Origin: a virus
Taxonomy: Duplodnaviria; Heunggongvirae; Uroviricota; Caudoviricetes
DNA length: 18,845 bases
Strand: one strand, 5' to 3'
IMG/VR virus record: IMGVR_UViG_3300015171_000003
The translations under genes were made by a program, and so were the position numbers. How positions within the stretch are numbered: position 1 is the stretch's first letter; the number at the start of each line of letters is the position of its first letter. The notes beneath the pieces were generated by a model. It had not been told where the DNA came from and made no database searches. It was given only the letters and a program-made list of their open reading frames with translations. This document shows, piece by piece, positions 7,462 to 16,260 of the stretch.

Positions 7462-8283
7462 TTAAAATTTATATAATTCCCATGGTTTAGCAAATCCTTT
7501 AAATCCATCTTTTTCTGGTGTAAATGCTTCAAAATTATCTCCATAATGATACAAATACATTTCATTCTTAATTTTATCAGGCAAGAATTTCAATTCATCA
7601 TATGTTGCATGAACAGTTCCTGGAGAAAATAATTGACAATCATGAAAAATACATTTGTAATTTTCTATTGGAAAATCTTTAAAAATATTTGTATCAAATC
7701 TAGTATCTCCACTAAACATAACAGTATCATCAATAATTAACCCCGTTGTCCAAAATGCTTTACCCCATTCTTCTACACCACCAGGAACATGAATAGTTCT
7801 AAATATTTCCAATTTAATATCATCAACAATAACTTCATACTTTTCTCTTGGTTGTGCTGCCATCCATGTTGGATTAATAAAATCTACAAAATCAGAAAAT
7901 TTCAATCTACCATCTTCATTAATTTCACAACCACCCTTTAATGTTTTTTCCCATAAAATGTCAGCAAATGGAAATGTAATAATAAATCTAGACTTTCTTT
8001 TAGAAACATATCTGGACATTAATAAAAGCTCTTCCAAACCACCAGCATGATCGGCATGAGCATGAGTTACATGATAATAATCAAAATCAGTGATCTTAAT
8101 ACCCTGTCTATACAACGATTGTGGAATAGTAGTACCTACATCAACCAATATAGTTTTTCCTCCCTTAGCAATGATTATAGACGATTGATCATTCTTCTTC
8201 GCAAATGCACTTCCCACCCCAACAAATGTAATTACCAATTGTTTCTCAGAAGCTTTCTTTATTTTATTTAATATTTCACTCAT
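7462..8283 (-). CDS. apyc1: MBL-fold phosphodiesterase, Apyc1 (anti-Pycsar)-like
   Basis: GSAFAKK, THAHADHAGGLEE, LWEKTLKGG, SGDTRFD, FHDCQ, VHATYDEL and HYGDN occur in the order I recall for Apyc1 proteins. Confidence 0.8.
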   Translation of the reverse strand: MSEILNKIKKASEKQLVITFVGVGSAFAKKNDQSSIIIAKGGKTILVDVGTTIPQSLYRQGIKITDFDYYHVTHAHADHAGGLEELLLMSRYVSKRKSRFIITFPFADILWEKTLKGGCEINEDGRLKFSDFVDFINPTWMAAQPREKYEVIVDDIKLEIFRTIHVPGGVEEWGKAFWTTGLIIDDTVMFSGDTRFDTNIFKDFPIENYKCIFHDCQLFSPGTVHATYDELKFLPDKIKNEMYLYHYGDNFEAFTPEKDGFKGFAKPWELYKF

Positions 8284-8286
8284 AAT

Positions 8287-8634
8287 TTAATTTGGGAGAA
8301 TCAAACTAGACTTTTCTTTTAAAGTAATAAATGAATCATTTGGTGCTAGTTTCAAATTCTTTGAATACACGTCAATATCTTTATTAATATTGTAAATTTG
8401 TTCCATAGAAGGAACTTCTGGAAAATGTATTCTTCCTCCAGATGAATCTAAGGCCCAACCACCACCATGTTTTGGATCAACATGAAACCACCCAGAACAA
8501 TATGCATAAAATATATTTTCTATTGTTGCATTTGGTGATGCCATTTGTAATGCCAATAACATTTTTTGTATAACTTCTGGTTGTTTCTCTAAAATTTTAG
8601 ATATTTGATCGATTGTTTCTTCGTATGATTTCAT
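8287..8634 (-). CDS. hypothetical protein
   Basis: 115-aa ORF in a tightly packed operon. Confidence 0.75.
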   Translation of the reverse strand: MKSYEETIDQISKILEKQPEVIQKMLLALQMASPNATIENIFYAYCSGWFHVDPKHGGGWALDSSGGRIHFPEVPSMEQIYNINKDIDVYSKNLKLAPNDSFITLKEKSSLILPN

Positions 8635-9116
8635 AATTTTATTTTTAGAAAATTGTTTACTTTATTATAATTTTCAACTTGTTCATTTGTTAAATTTTTA
8701 AATTCTGGATAGTAATAAAATAATTCTTCTTGTGTTTTTATATAATCTCCAGAATGATGTATATGATATCTAATAATAGAAATCTGTGGTGTATAAACTC
8801 CATTAGGATATATTGGCATATTAATTGAGTGATAATAGAAATCAATATTAGTCGGGTTTACAAATGCATAAAATTCATCTTCAATAAAAATTGTCTTTTT
8901 TAATTCTAATAAGAATTTTCTAATTCCTTCACAAGAATCTAAATTATAGTTTCTCACAAAATCACTTTTACAAATAAATTGATCCACTCCATCTTTTTTA
9001 ATAATTGGTGTTGAAGTATAACTTATACTTTTAAACCTATTTTCCAAAGATATTTCCGAAATAACTTTTAAAAAGTTCTCGTGTATTGTTTTTTCTAATG
9101 TTTCTTTTTCACTCAT
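8631..9116 (-). CDS. hypothetical protein
   Basis: 161-aa ORF, ATGA overlap with next gene. Confidence 0.75.
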   Translation of the reverse strand: MSEKETLEKTIHENFLKVISEISLENRFKSISYTSTPIIKKDGVDQFICKSDFVRNYNLDSCEGIRKFLLELKKTIFIEDEFYAFVNPTNIDFYYHSINMPIYPNGVYTPQISIIRYHIHHSGDYIKTQEELFYYYPEFKNLTNEQVENYNKVNNFLKIKL

Positions 9117-9120
9117 AATG

Positions 9121-9720
9121 TCATATTTTATTCAAAACTTGTTGTACATGCCCAATTAATTCTTGATTTTCAAGTAAGTTTTCTTTATTTTTTTGTTCTT
9201 TCCAGATAATTTTAAAATCCGCAATATTATACAATATTGGATTATTTAACTTTTCGTGATCATTTGCTGGTTTTAGAATTTCCCCATCTAACAATTCTTT
9301 GGTTAAATGTACTAAAACACCATTTAATTCATCCCTAATCCATTGTGCTTCATCTTTGTCATAAATTGAGTATCTGACATCGGTAATTAAAATATAATCC
9401 ACAGAACCACGAATAGCCTCAATTTCTTTATTTAAAATATCAATCCAATATCTTCCATTAGTTCTTTTTCTTTGAATATCTCCAGAAATTACTAAAAGTG
9501 GTCTAAAAATTTCTTTAATATTTCTATCTTCTGTCCAAACATTAAATCCAAATTTTTCTTTTATGAATTGTTCACAATCCTTTTTTAATGCTCTTGCCAA
9601 TGACAAAATTTTTATAGTTTTTCCAATTTTATTACATTCATTCTCAAAGATAGAAGCAAATGTATCTTTTCCACATGATGCCACTCCAGATATTCCAATA
9701 ATCTTAGTTAATTTCTTCAT
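9121..9720 (-). CDS. deoxynucleoside monophosphate kinase (T4 gp1-like)
   Basis: IIGISGVASCGKDT P-loop, LARALK, RPLL, ILITDVRY. Confidence 0.85.
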   Translation of the reverse strand: MKKLTKIIGISGVASCGKDTFASIFENECNKIGKTIKILSLARALKKDCEQFIKEKFGFNVWTEDRNIKEIFRPLLVISGDIQRKRTNGRYWIDILNKEIEAIRGSVDYILITDVRYSIYDKDEAQWIRDELNGVLVHLTKELLDGEILKPANDHEKLNNPILYNIADFKIIWKEQKNKENLLENQELIGHVQQVLNKI

Positions 9721-9732
9721 ATTATCTATATT

Positions 9733-9927
9733 TTATGAACTCATTTGATTAATTATTTCCTCTGAACTTAAAGATTTAATTATAATTTTTCTATCCTCTT
9801 CTGAAACGTTTGTATATTGAAAAACCGCCGTCAATAATAACCGAACTTTATCTAATTCAAAAGAATCCAATTCTGTAATTTCAATAGAATGTTTCTCATT
9901 CTTACTTACCTTTAATTTTATTTTCAT
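9733..9927 (-). CDS. hypothetical protein
   Basis: 64-aa ORF overlapping upstream stop. Confidence 0.65.
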   Translation of the reverse strand: MKIKLKVSKNEKHSIEITELDSFELDKVRLLLTAVFQYTNVSEEDRKIIIKSLSSEEIINQMSS

Positions 9928-10403
9928 AATTTCAATTTTTTGATTAATTTTGGATCTGCGCCATACAACTTACAAATATTATATATAGACTCAATACCTT
10001 CTTTTGATTTTCTTAATAATTCAATGTATTCTCCTGCTTCTCTAAGAGAAATCTCATAATATTTTACAAAAAGATCTAGAACCCATTTTTCAACTTTATT
10101 TTCATCTTTACTTTCTTTAATATATTTGTTATACAATTTTCTTTTGGGAATTAAAGAAATTAATAATTTATAATAATTTTCTGGAGATAATATATTAGAA
10201 TATTTTTGTAAATAATTAATAGTTTCTATGTAAGATTCTTCCATTGATAAAAATCTATTTATCATATAAGAACTCCAAGTTTTTTTATCTCCATCTGTAA
10301 TATTCTGAAAATAATCTACTCGTTGTCCATAACATACTTCATTTAAATGATCAAACAAAGTCTTAGATTTATCTAATGGATCTTTAATCCTTTTCTTCAT
10401 CAC
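9924..10403 (-). CDS. DNA polymerase clamp-loader small subunit (T4 gp62-like)
   Basis: LFDHLN...YMINRFLSM...YYKLLISLIPKRK..KYIK pattern typical of gp62 homologues. Confidence 0.75.
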   Translation of the reverse strand: MMKKRIKDPLDKSKTLFDHLNEVCYGQRVDYFQNITDGDKKTWSSYMINRFLSMEESYIETINYLQKYSNILSPENYYKLLISLIPKRKLYNKYIKESKDENKVEKWVLDLFVKYYEISLREAGEYIELLRKSKEGIESIYNICKLYGADPKLIKKLKL

Positions 10404-10690
10404 TTCTTATAAGCTTTTTGTAAACGTAATACCTCAGATTTAAACATTGGATTAGCATCGGCACATCTAGATATGTTTTCCCAAATCTCCGAAGCTGATA
10501 AAGGACCTGATATAAATTTATCATCGGCAATTTCTTTTTCTAAAGGACCAAATAAAATAACTTCGAACAAATTTTCAGAAATCTTTTTGGAATAAAACCC
10601 AATTATTTCTCCATTTTCATTTTTTACAAAATTCCCAATAGTAATTGGTAATGTGCTCTCTACTTTATATGACTGTACAAGTTTCTTCAT
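10400..10690 (-). CDS. hypothetical protein
   Basis: 96-aa ORF with its own promoter. Confidence 0.75.
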   Translation of the reverse strand: MKKLVQSYKVESTLPITIGNFVKNENGEIIGFYSKKISENLFEVILFGPLEKEIADDKFISGPLSASEIWENISRCADANPMFKSEVLRLQKAYKK

Positions 10691-10696
10691 TTATTA

Positions 10697-10725
10697 ATGA
10701 TATTATGTTTTGCAATTAATAACAA
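10697..10725 (-). promoter_or_regulatory. sigma70-like promoter TTGTTA-17-TATCAT
   Basis: -10 ends 6 nt before ATG 10690. Confidence 0.45.
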
Positions 10726-10731
10726 TTTATT

Positions 10732-11049
10732 TTAACTATAGGTTTTCTTTAACCTATTACACAATTTTACATAAACATCACCATGACACCTTTTTGGATT
10801 ACAAAAACAAACCAAAGTTTTTCCATTTAAAGATGCAACTGCATGTAAAAATTCTCTATCAGATTTCATTCGTGTAATACAATATTCCTCAAATCTATTG
10901 ATATTTTTCTCTCTATCTTCTTCACATTTTAATCGTTCTGGATTTCCAAAATATCCACTTAATCCTTTTCCAGATCTTCCAATATAAACATATTGAGTAT
11001 TACTTTTCCAATCTCTAGGAGCATTTTTAATGTGAATTACATTTGTCAT
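10732..11049 (-). CDS. DUF4326 family protein
   Basis: YVYIGR, FGNP, L.GKTLVCFC.PK.CHGDV motifs. Confidence 0.88.
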   Translation of the reverse strand: MTNVIHIKNAPRDWKSNTQYVYIGRSGKGLSGYFGNPERLKCEEDREKNINRFEEYCITRMKSDREFLHAVASLNGKTLVCFCNPKRCHGDVYVKLCNRLKKTYS

Positions 11050-11071
11050 ATTTTGTAATAGTTATAATTAA

Positions 11072-12724
11072 TCATAAATGAACTGCATCTCGCCACCACT
11101 TTGGAAAAAATTTCTTCCATTTATTATAAAACCATAAGAAATTTTCACAAAGTATATAAGTGACAGCAGTATCTTTATCATTTCTGATACTTCTTCCAGT
11201 AGATTGAATTAATGTTAAAACTGTTTCGTGCGCATACCATTCTGGATTTAATTCAGCACGCTTTTTAATTGCTATTGTTTCTAAATTAGGAAATGGCATT
11301 TTCAACACGACTTGGAAACGAGAAAGATCGTCCTTAAGGTCTACGCCCTCATTTAGAGATGGAGACAGCAAAACTGTATTATCGCTCGTCTTATGCGATT
11401 CTAGGATAGCTGCTTTTGATTTTGAATCGACATGTGAAAGAATGCGATCATCTTTAACTTGTTTTAGAACACAATCCATCTGTTTATATGAAGTGACAAA
11501 AATAATTCCCTTTTCATTTTTATGTTCATCCAAAATAACTTTAACAGTCTTTGAAAATGGTTTCATTGACTCCTGCAAATCATCATGCTTAATTTTTCCA
11601 CACGGATGATACAAAATAGGTCTATTCTCTTTTGGAAATGGAAGATCCTTACTAATAAAACAAGTCTCTTTGGGATTCAATCCATATTCTTCAATAATAT
11701 AATCTTTATCAAGAATAGTTCCAGACATGATAATATTCTTCTTGTTTTTCTGAAATAAAAGTTTATTCATGTATTTTTTTGGACTTAATGGAGTGACACA
11801 AATCTTATCATTAGACCATTCAGCAATCCATTCTAAATCATTCCATTCTTTAACGTATCCCATGAATTTCTCAATAGTTTTCTTTAAAGTATCAATCTTC
11901 CTTGAGATTTTCATATACTCTGGAATATTATCGGGATTGATATCTTCGTCACCATTCTCAAATGATTTCAAACATTCTTCTAATTGCATTAATTCTTTTC
12001 GTAAAGCTACACCATAAACTGTTTTAATCCATTCAGTTAATTCTGATATTTTATAACTCTTGTCTTTTCTATAAGGAGGGACTTTTAAATTAAAACTTTC
12101 TATCGTTCTCTTTGATAATTGAAATGTAATAAAATCTTTTACAAAGTCTGCTAGTTTATGCCCTTCATCAAAAATCATTAAACCTCTTTCTGGTGGTCGA
12201 TTCTTAAAACCATATTCTGTTTGATATAAATAATATGATAAATTTGTCACTCCGCATGGTGCAAGCAAAAATTTATTTCTGGCAATATCATATAAACAAT
12301 CATTACAAGATTTTTTCATTCTGCCATGAAGTTCTTTTGATTCTTTACAATTTAAAACTGTTCTATTCTTTTTATGACATATAAAATTTTGAGCAGATTG
12401 AATTGTTACCAGTCCTTTGTCCTCATAAGAATCCATGTACTGTTGTTGTAACTGCAATGTGGTCGTTGTAATATATGTTTGATATGGTTCTCTATTAAAT
12501 CCTTGTTTAGAATTTGCATAGAGTGTTCTACCTAAAGTATATGCGATTGCCGATTTTCCGCTTCCTACTGGTGCATTTATTAAAAAGTTTTTATATTTAT
12601 TATAATTTTCAGAAATAAAATCTAAAATGTCTGATTGCATTGGACGATATTGTTCTTCAACAAAATAATCTCGCCAATTTGATAAATTTACTTTTGTTGA
12701 CATAGGTGATAAAACAGAATCCAT
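11072..12724 (-). CDS. DinG/XPD-like SF2 helicase with four-Cys (Fe-S) region
   Basis: APVGSGKS, IFDEGH, MSGT, EGVDLKDDLSRFQVVLKMPFP, QSTGRSIR; Cys cluster FICH..NC..SCNDC. Confidence 0.9.
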   Translation of the reverse strand: MDSVLSPMSTKVNLSNWRDYFVEEQYRPMQSDILDFISENYNKYKNFLINAPVGSGKSAIAYTLGRTLYANSKQGFNREPYQTYITTTTLQLQQQYMDSYEDKGLVTIQSAQNFICHKKNRTVLNCKESKELHGRMKKSCNDCLYDIARNKFLLAPCGVTNLSYYLYQTEYGFKNRPPERGLMIFDEGHKLADFVKDFITFQLSKRTIESFNLKVPPYRKDKSYKISELTEWIKTVYGVALRKELMQLEECLKSFENGDEDINPDNIPEYMKISRKIDTLKKTIEKFMGYVKEWNDLEWIAEWSNDKICVTPLSPKKYMNKLLFQKNKKNIIMSGTILDKDYIIEEYGLNPKETCFISKDLPFPKENRPILYHPCGKIKHDDLQESMKPFSKTVKVILDEHKNEKGIIFVTSYKQMDCVLKQVKDDRILSHVDSKSKAAILESHKTSDNTVLLSPSLNEGVDLKDDLSRFQVVLKMPFPNLETIAIKKRAELNPEWYAHETVLTLIQSTGRSIRNDKDTAVTYILCENFLWFYNKWKKFFPKWWRDAVHL

Positions 12725-12736
12725 AATTTGGAATAA

Positions 12737-12765
12737 ATTATATTATAAAAATACTAAACTGTCAA
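12737..12765 (-). promoter_or_regulatory. perfect consensus promoter TTGACA-17-TATAAT
   Basis: -35 at 12765-12760, -10 at 12742-12737, ATG 12 nt downstream. Confidence 0.85.
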
Positions 12766-12767
12766 TT

Positions 12768-12800
12768 TCAATTAATACAAAGTTTTAAAACCTTAGCTAT
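12768..12800 (+). repeat. 33-bp imperfect direct repeat, copy 1 (core AATACAAAGTTTTAAAACCTTA)
   Basis: Matches 13514-13546 at 30/33 positions, 22-bp exact core with palindrome GTTTTAAAAC. Confidence 0.9.
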
Positions 12801-12854
12801 CTCTGTTCTAGGAACTTCTTGCATATAATATGCCACATTAAATTTTATTTTCAT
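12768..12854 (-). CDS. putative 28-aa peptide MKIKFNVAYYMQEVPRTEIAKVLKLCIN
   Basis: Manual translation; start context TAATAAAT-ATG like other genes; too short to be sure. Confidence 0.3.
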   Translation of the reverse strand: MKIKFNVAYYMQEVPRTEIAKVLKLCIN

Positions 12855-12885
12855 ATTTATTAATAATTCTACCAAATTTATATAT

Positions 12886-13512
12886 ATGTTAAATTTATTT
12901 TATTCAGTATTATCACAAGCCAGAGTTAATACTACCCCCCCCCCAATATTAGTATATTTTAATCCGAGTGAAACATATTCTACTATAACACTTTCTAATA
13001 CAAATCAAACAGCAGGTCCTACTTCAGGAGCTAATTTGTCAACTTATTTAATTAATGGAAATACAACTGGAAAATTTTATGTTGAATTTATTGTTAATAC
13101 AGTTGATGCTACTAACTATCCATTTATAGGGGCGAGTAATATATTTAATGATGCCTCCTATCCAGGAGGAATGGGAGCAACTTCTTTTAGTACTCAATGT
13201 AGTGATGGTGGTGTTCCACATGCTCAAGGAGTCACTGTAACAGGAGTAAAAGCTGGTCAAATACTCGGTGGTAATAGAATTGGATATGCTATAGATATAG
13301 GTAATGGAAAATTTTGGATGAGTGTGAATGGTTCTTGGGCTAATAGCCAAAATCCAAGTAATGGAACAATTCCAATGGTGACTTGGACACCTTCCGGGAC
13401 ATTTTATCCATGTATTGGTATGCAGTCATCAGCCGTAATAACTGTATATGGAAATTCATCATTATGGACTTATACTAGACCAACAGGTTTTTTAGGTTTT
13501 GACGGAAGTTAA
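12886..13512 (+). CDS. SPRY/B30.2 (ConA-like beta-sandwich) domain protein, possible virion accessory or adhesin
   Basis: TGKFYVEF, IGYAIDIGNGKFWMSVNGSW, GTFYPCIG motifs; G/T/S/N-rich; the only convincing plus-strand gene. Confidence 0.78.
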   Translation: MLNLFYSVLSQARVNTTPPPILVYFNPSETYSTITLSNTNQTAGPTSGANLSTYLINGNTTGKFYVEFIVNTVDATNYPFIGASNIFNDASYPGGMGATSFSTQCSDGGVPHAQGVTVTGVKAGQILGGNRIGYAIDIGNGKFWMSVNGSWANSQNPSNGTIPMVTWTPSGTFYPCIGMQSSAVITVYGNSSLWTYTRPTGFLGFDGS

Positions 13513-13513
13513 C

Positions 13514-13546
13514 TTAATCAATACAAAGTTTTAAAACCTTAACTAT
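13514..13546 (+). repeat. 33-bp imperfect direct repeat, copy 2
   Basis: See copy 1; overlaps the stop codon of 13539-13943. Confidence 0.9.
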
Positions 13547-13943
13547 TCCATGCTTTCAAATAATCTTCGAGATGCATTCCAATTTCTAGATCATCTTCTG
13601 TTTCAAGATTTATTATTTTAAAATTAATCCAAGAATTATTAAAATTATCAACCAAATCTACTTCCAATAAAATATCATCGTTACTCCACAAAATCCCAAC
13701 TACATGTATATTATATTGATTATTTTCATTTAATAATTTTCTTGACGAAATCAAATCAGATATCAATTCTCGAAATTTGCAATAATCTAAAGTAATTATA
13801 ATAAGATTTTCTTCTTTTTTTGAAAAGTCTTCTGGCCTTAAACTTTCTATACTAATAGATAATTCCAATTCATCACCTTTAATTCTAAAAGAAAGAATAT
13901 AATCTTCTTGTCCACCAGCACTTATCTTTATTAATTTATTCAT
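13539..13943 (-). CDS. hypothetical protein
   Basis: 134-aa ORF overlapping upstream gene. Confidence 0.7.
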   Translation of the reverse strand: MNKLIKISAGGQEDYILSFRIKGDELELSISIESLRPEDFSKKEENLIIITLDYCKFRELISDLISSRKLLNENNQYNIHVVGILWSNDDILLEVDLVDNFNNSWINFKIINLETEDDLEIGMHLEDYLKAWNS

Positions 13944-14187
13944 ATGAAGTTTTTTGTTTTTTGCCTTTTAAAACTTGTTCAGCACCTTTGATAAATAAAT
14001 CATCGGCGGGTATCTTTTCAAATTCCTTTACTAAACAATTAAAACTTAAATCACAATTGAAATATACTAATTCCCCATTTCCATTAGTACATTCAAATGC
14101 CAATCTGTTATCTTTCATCATTACTAATTTGTGACTACTATATATTTTATTTAAAATGAAAATAGCTCGTTGCATTTTACTTTTCAT
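13936..14187 (-). CDS. hypothetical protein
   Basis: 83-aa ORF in coupled array. Confidence 0.7.
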   Translation of the reverse strand: MKSKMQRAIFILNKIYSSHKLVMMKDNRLAFECTNGNGELVYFNCDLSFNCLVKEFEKIPADDLFIKGAEQVLKGKKQKTSYE

Positions 14188-14359
14188 AATTTATAGTTCC
14201 ATCTTTATTTAATATGAATGATATGTTAATCTCTTCTAGTGGATAATATATTAGCATATTTATATCAATTTTGTTTTTATCTGTATCAAAATTTCCAGAA
14301 TAAATAGTTATCATTCCATTTTCATCTATTGTTTTACTTTCGGGGATATATGTAATCAT
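14177..14359 (-). CDS. hypothetical protein
   Basis: 60-aa ORF in coupled array. Confidence 0.6.
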   Translation of the reverse strand: MITYIPESKTIDENGMITIYSGNFDTDKNKIDINMLIYYPLEEINISFILNKDGTINYEK

Positions 14360-14469
14360 AATTTCTTTTTATATTTTTTAAACCCCAAATATTCCAACAA
14401 CTGACGCAAATAACAAATCGGCGGAGTATCATCATCTAAAGATTTTTTGCAATATGGACATTTACTCAT
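14356..14469 (-). CDS. 37-aa CxxC peptide MSKCPYCKKSLDDDTPPICYLRQLLEYLGFKKYKKKL
   Basis: Below ORF-track cutoff; ATGA overlaps with both neighbours fill the gap exactly. Confidence 0.7.
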   Translation of the reverse strand: MSKCPYCKKSLDDDTPPICYLRQLLEYLGFKKYKKKL

Positions 14470-14675
14470 TCTGTAATAGTATCTAATTGTTTCCTAATAT
14501 ATCTCATAAAAATCATTCCTTTATCTTCTGGAAGGAATGTTCCTTCGCCAGTATCAGAAATTGGTACTGGAAATTGAAAATTTTTGTCAACAACTTCATA
14601 CCACAATTCATTTTTCCTATAAAATAGAAATTTAACTTTGGTTCCCGACACTAAATCTTTAATATTTGTTTTCAT
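14466..14675 (-). CDS. hypothetical phage protein
   Basis: 69-aa ORF, FPVPISDTG...FMRYIRK. Confidence 0.75.
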   Translation of the reverse strand: MKTNIKDLVSGTKVKFLFYRKNELWYEVVDKNFQFPVPISDTGEGTFLPEDKGMIFMRYIRKQLDTITE

Positions 14676-14686
14676 TTATATAATTT

Positions 14687-14857
14687 CTATTTTTCCAATA
14701 CAGGATTTTCTAGTGGAGATACTTCTGTTTCAATGTCCCACTTACTATACATTTTGTTTAGCATATCTTTAATATCGTTAATTGCTTCATCTTCAGTTTC
14801 TGGTTCACAATAAGGAAAATGTATTGTTATTTTTAAATTTACTGGATATGTTTTCAT
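14687..14857 (-). CDS. 56-aa hypothetical protein MKTYPVNLKITIHFPYCEPETEDEA...
   Basis: Manual translation; starts 1 nt after upstream stop and fills the gap. Confidence 0.7.
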   Translation of the reverse strand: MKTYPVNLKITIHFPYCEPETEDEAINDIKDMLNKMYSKWDIETEVSPLENPVLEK

Positions 14858-14858
14858 T

Positions 14859-15083
14859 TTATTCTTTACTTAATTCATTTTCTGTTTGATCGCTACCCAA
14901 ATTATCACATTCATCATGTGCATAATGGCCATCACAAAGAGAACATTTGGAAGACCATGGGGATTTATCTTTTGATTTTTTATTTTTCGTCTTTCTAAAA
15001 ATAGAATCAAAATTTTTCTTATAATTTCCCGAAAAACAATTTCTTGGGGAATCTCCTTTGCCATTTTGATTTGGTTTACTCAT
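14859..15083 (-). CDS. small basic protein with GKGDSPR motif and C-terminal Cys/His cluster
   Basis: ORF with own promoter; CSLCDGHYAHDEC possible metal site. Confidence 0.7.
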   Translation of the reverse strand: MSKPNQNGKGDSPRNCFSGNYKKNFDSIFRKTKNKKSKDKSPWSSKCSLCDGHYAHDECDNLGSDQTENELSKE

Positions 15084-15092
15084 ATATACAAT

Positions 15093-15121
15093 ATTATGTG
15101 ATATTTTTATATAATTGTAAA
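15093..15121 (-). promoter_or_regulatory. sigma70-like promoter TTTACA-17-CATAAT
   Basis: -10 ends 9 nt before ATG 15083. Confidence 0.6.
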
Positions 15122-15122
15122 C

Positions 15123-15743
15123 TTATTTTTTTCTAAATACTAAAAAATAAGAGTGATATATTCTAGCATGTTTTTGTTTTTTATTTTTGCCAATTGGAAT
15201 TCTATGTTTTGCACCTAATATGAATAAATCTTCAGTATCAAATCCAATTTCTCCTGCCAAATTTAAAACCAACTGATGAGTACAATGCATAGAATGATTG
15301 TGAATAATATCTTGACATTTAACAACAAATATTCCATCTTTTTTTAAAACTCTATATGCGTCTGCAATTGTTCTTGAATAATGCACAATCAATTCATCAT
15401 ATTTCCAATAACCTCCAAATCTGGAACTCATTATTGACTTTTTAGTTGTTCCATGTTCTCTTCCATTTTTTACATAAGTTAAAAAAGGAGGATCAAACAT
15501 TATAGAAGAAAACTTATTATCTATTACATCAAGATTTCCACTATCACATTTAATAACATCAGAAAATAATGGATCAATATCAAATTTGTATTTTGGTTGA
15601 TTTCTATTCTTATAAAATGAACCATTCCCATATGTTACATCACATTCAAATCCATCAGGAAGATATAATTTCTCAATGGCATCTAATATTTCATCATTTG
15701 AAAAATACAAACTTTTAATTACTATATCATTTTTCATCTTCAT
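15123..15743 (-). CDS. orphan amino (N6-A/N4-C) DNA methyltransferase
   Basis: CDVTYGNGSF SAM-binding motif I, FDPPF motif IV, RVLKKDGIFVVKC. Confidence 0.82.
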   Translation of the reverse strand: MKMKNDIVIKSLYFSNDEILDAIEKLYLPDGFECDVTYGNGSFYKNRNQPKYKFDIDPLFSDVIKCDSGNLDVIDNKFSSIMFDPPFLTYVKNGREHGTTKKSIMSSRFGGYWKYDELIVHYSRTIADAYRVLKKDGIFVVKCQDIIHNHSMHCTHQLVLNLAGEIGFDTEDLFILGAKHRIPIGKNKKQKHARIYHSYFLVFRKK

Positions 15744-16260
15744 TTTTTACAATTATTATTTTATTGTTTTCATAATTTATATTATACAAATTTTTGTCCA
15801 AAAACTTATTAAAATCTATTTTGAATAGTCTGAATCTTGCTTTGTCTATGAATGGAAAATTTAATTTTTCGTTGGGTAGCTTTTCAAAAAAATATGGAAT
15901 AATTTCATTCAGTATAATATAAAAGTGAGTATTGTATATTTTAGAATCATAATCCATTTTATAATAAACATTAGGTCTATTATAATTTGGTCTCCCATTT
16001 TCATCTTCAAACCATAACTTTACATCAAATTCATCTCCATTTTTTAATAAACGAATGTTGTGAATTTTTTCATGAATATCATAAAATTTAAACCAACATT
16101 TACCAACAGATGTGTATGAATAATGATCTTGAGGGTTTACTAATTCAGAAATTATTATATGATTCTCATAAGCAATAGATTCTTCTAAATCCAATTGTTT
16201 ATATTCATTTTCTTCTAATAATTCTTTCAATAAGTTTTTTATACTACCCCACTTGTTCAT
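15727..16260 (-). CDS. hypothetical protein
   Basis: 177-aa ORF overlapping both neighbours. Confidence 0.7.
   Translation of the reverse strand: MNKWGSIKNLLKELLEENEYKQLDLEESIAYENHIIISELVNPQDHYSYTSVGKCWFKFYDIHEKIHNIRLLKNGDEFDVKLWFEDENGRPNYNRPNVYYKMDYDSKIYNTHFYIILNEIIPYFFEKLPNEKLNFPFIDKARFRLFKIDFNKFLDKNLYNINYENNKIIIVKNEDEK

Noticed and set aside
14870-15064. Alternative-frame 64-aa ORF
   Set aside because: Nested in 14859-15083, which has the promoter, coupling to the next gene and a more phage-typical sequence
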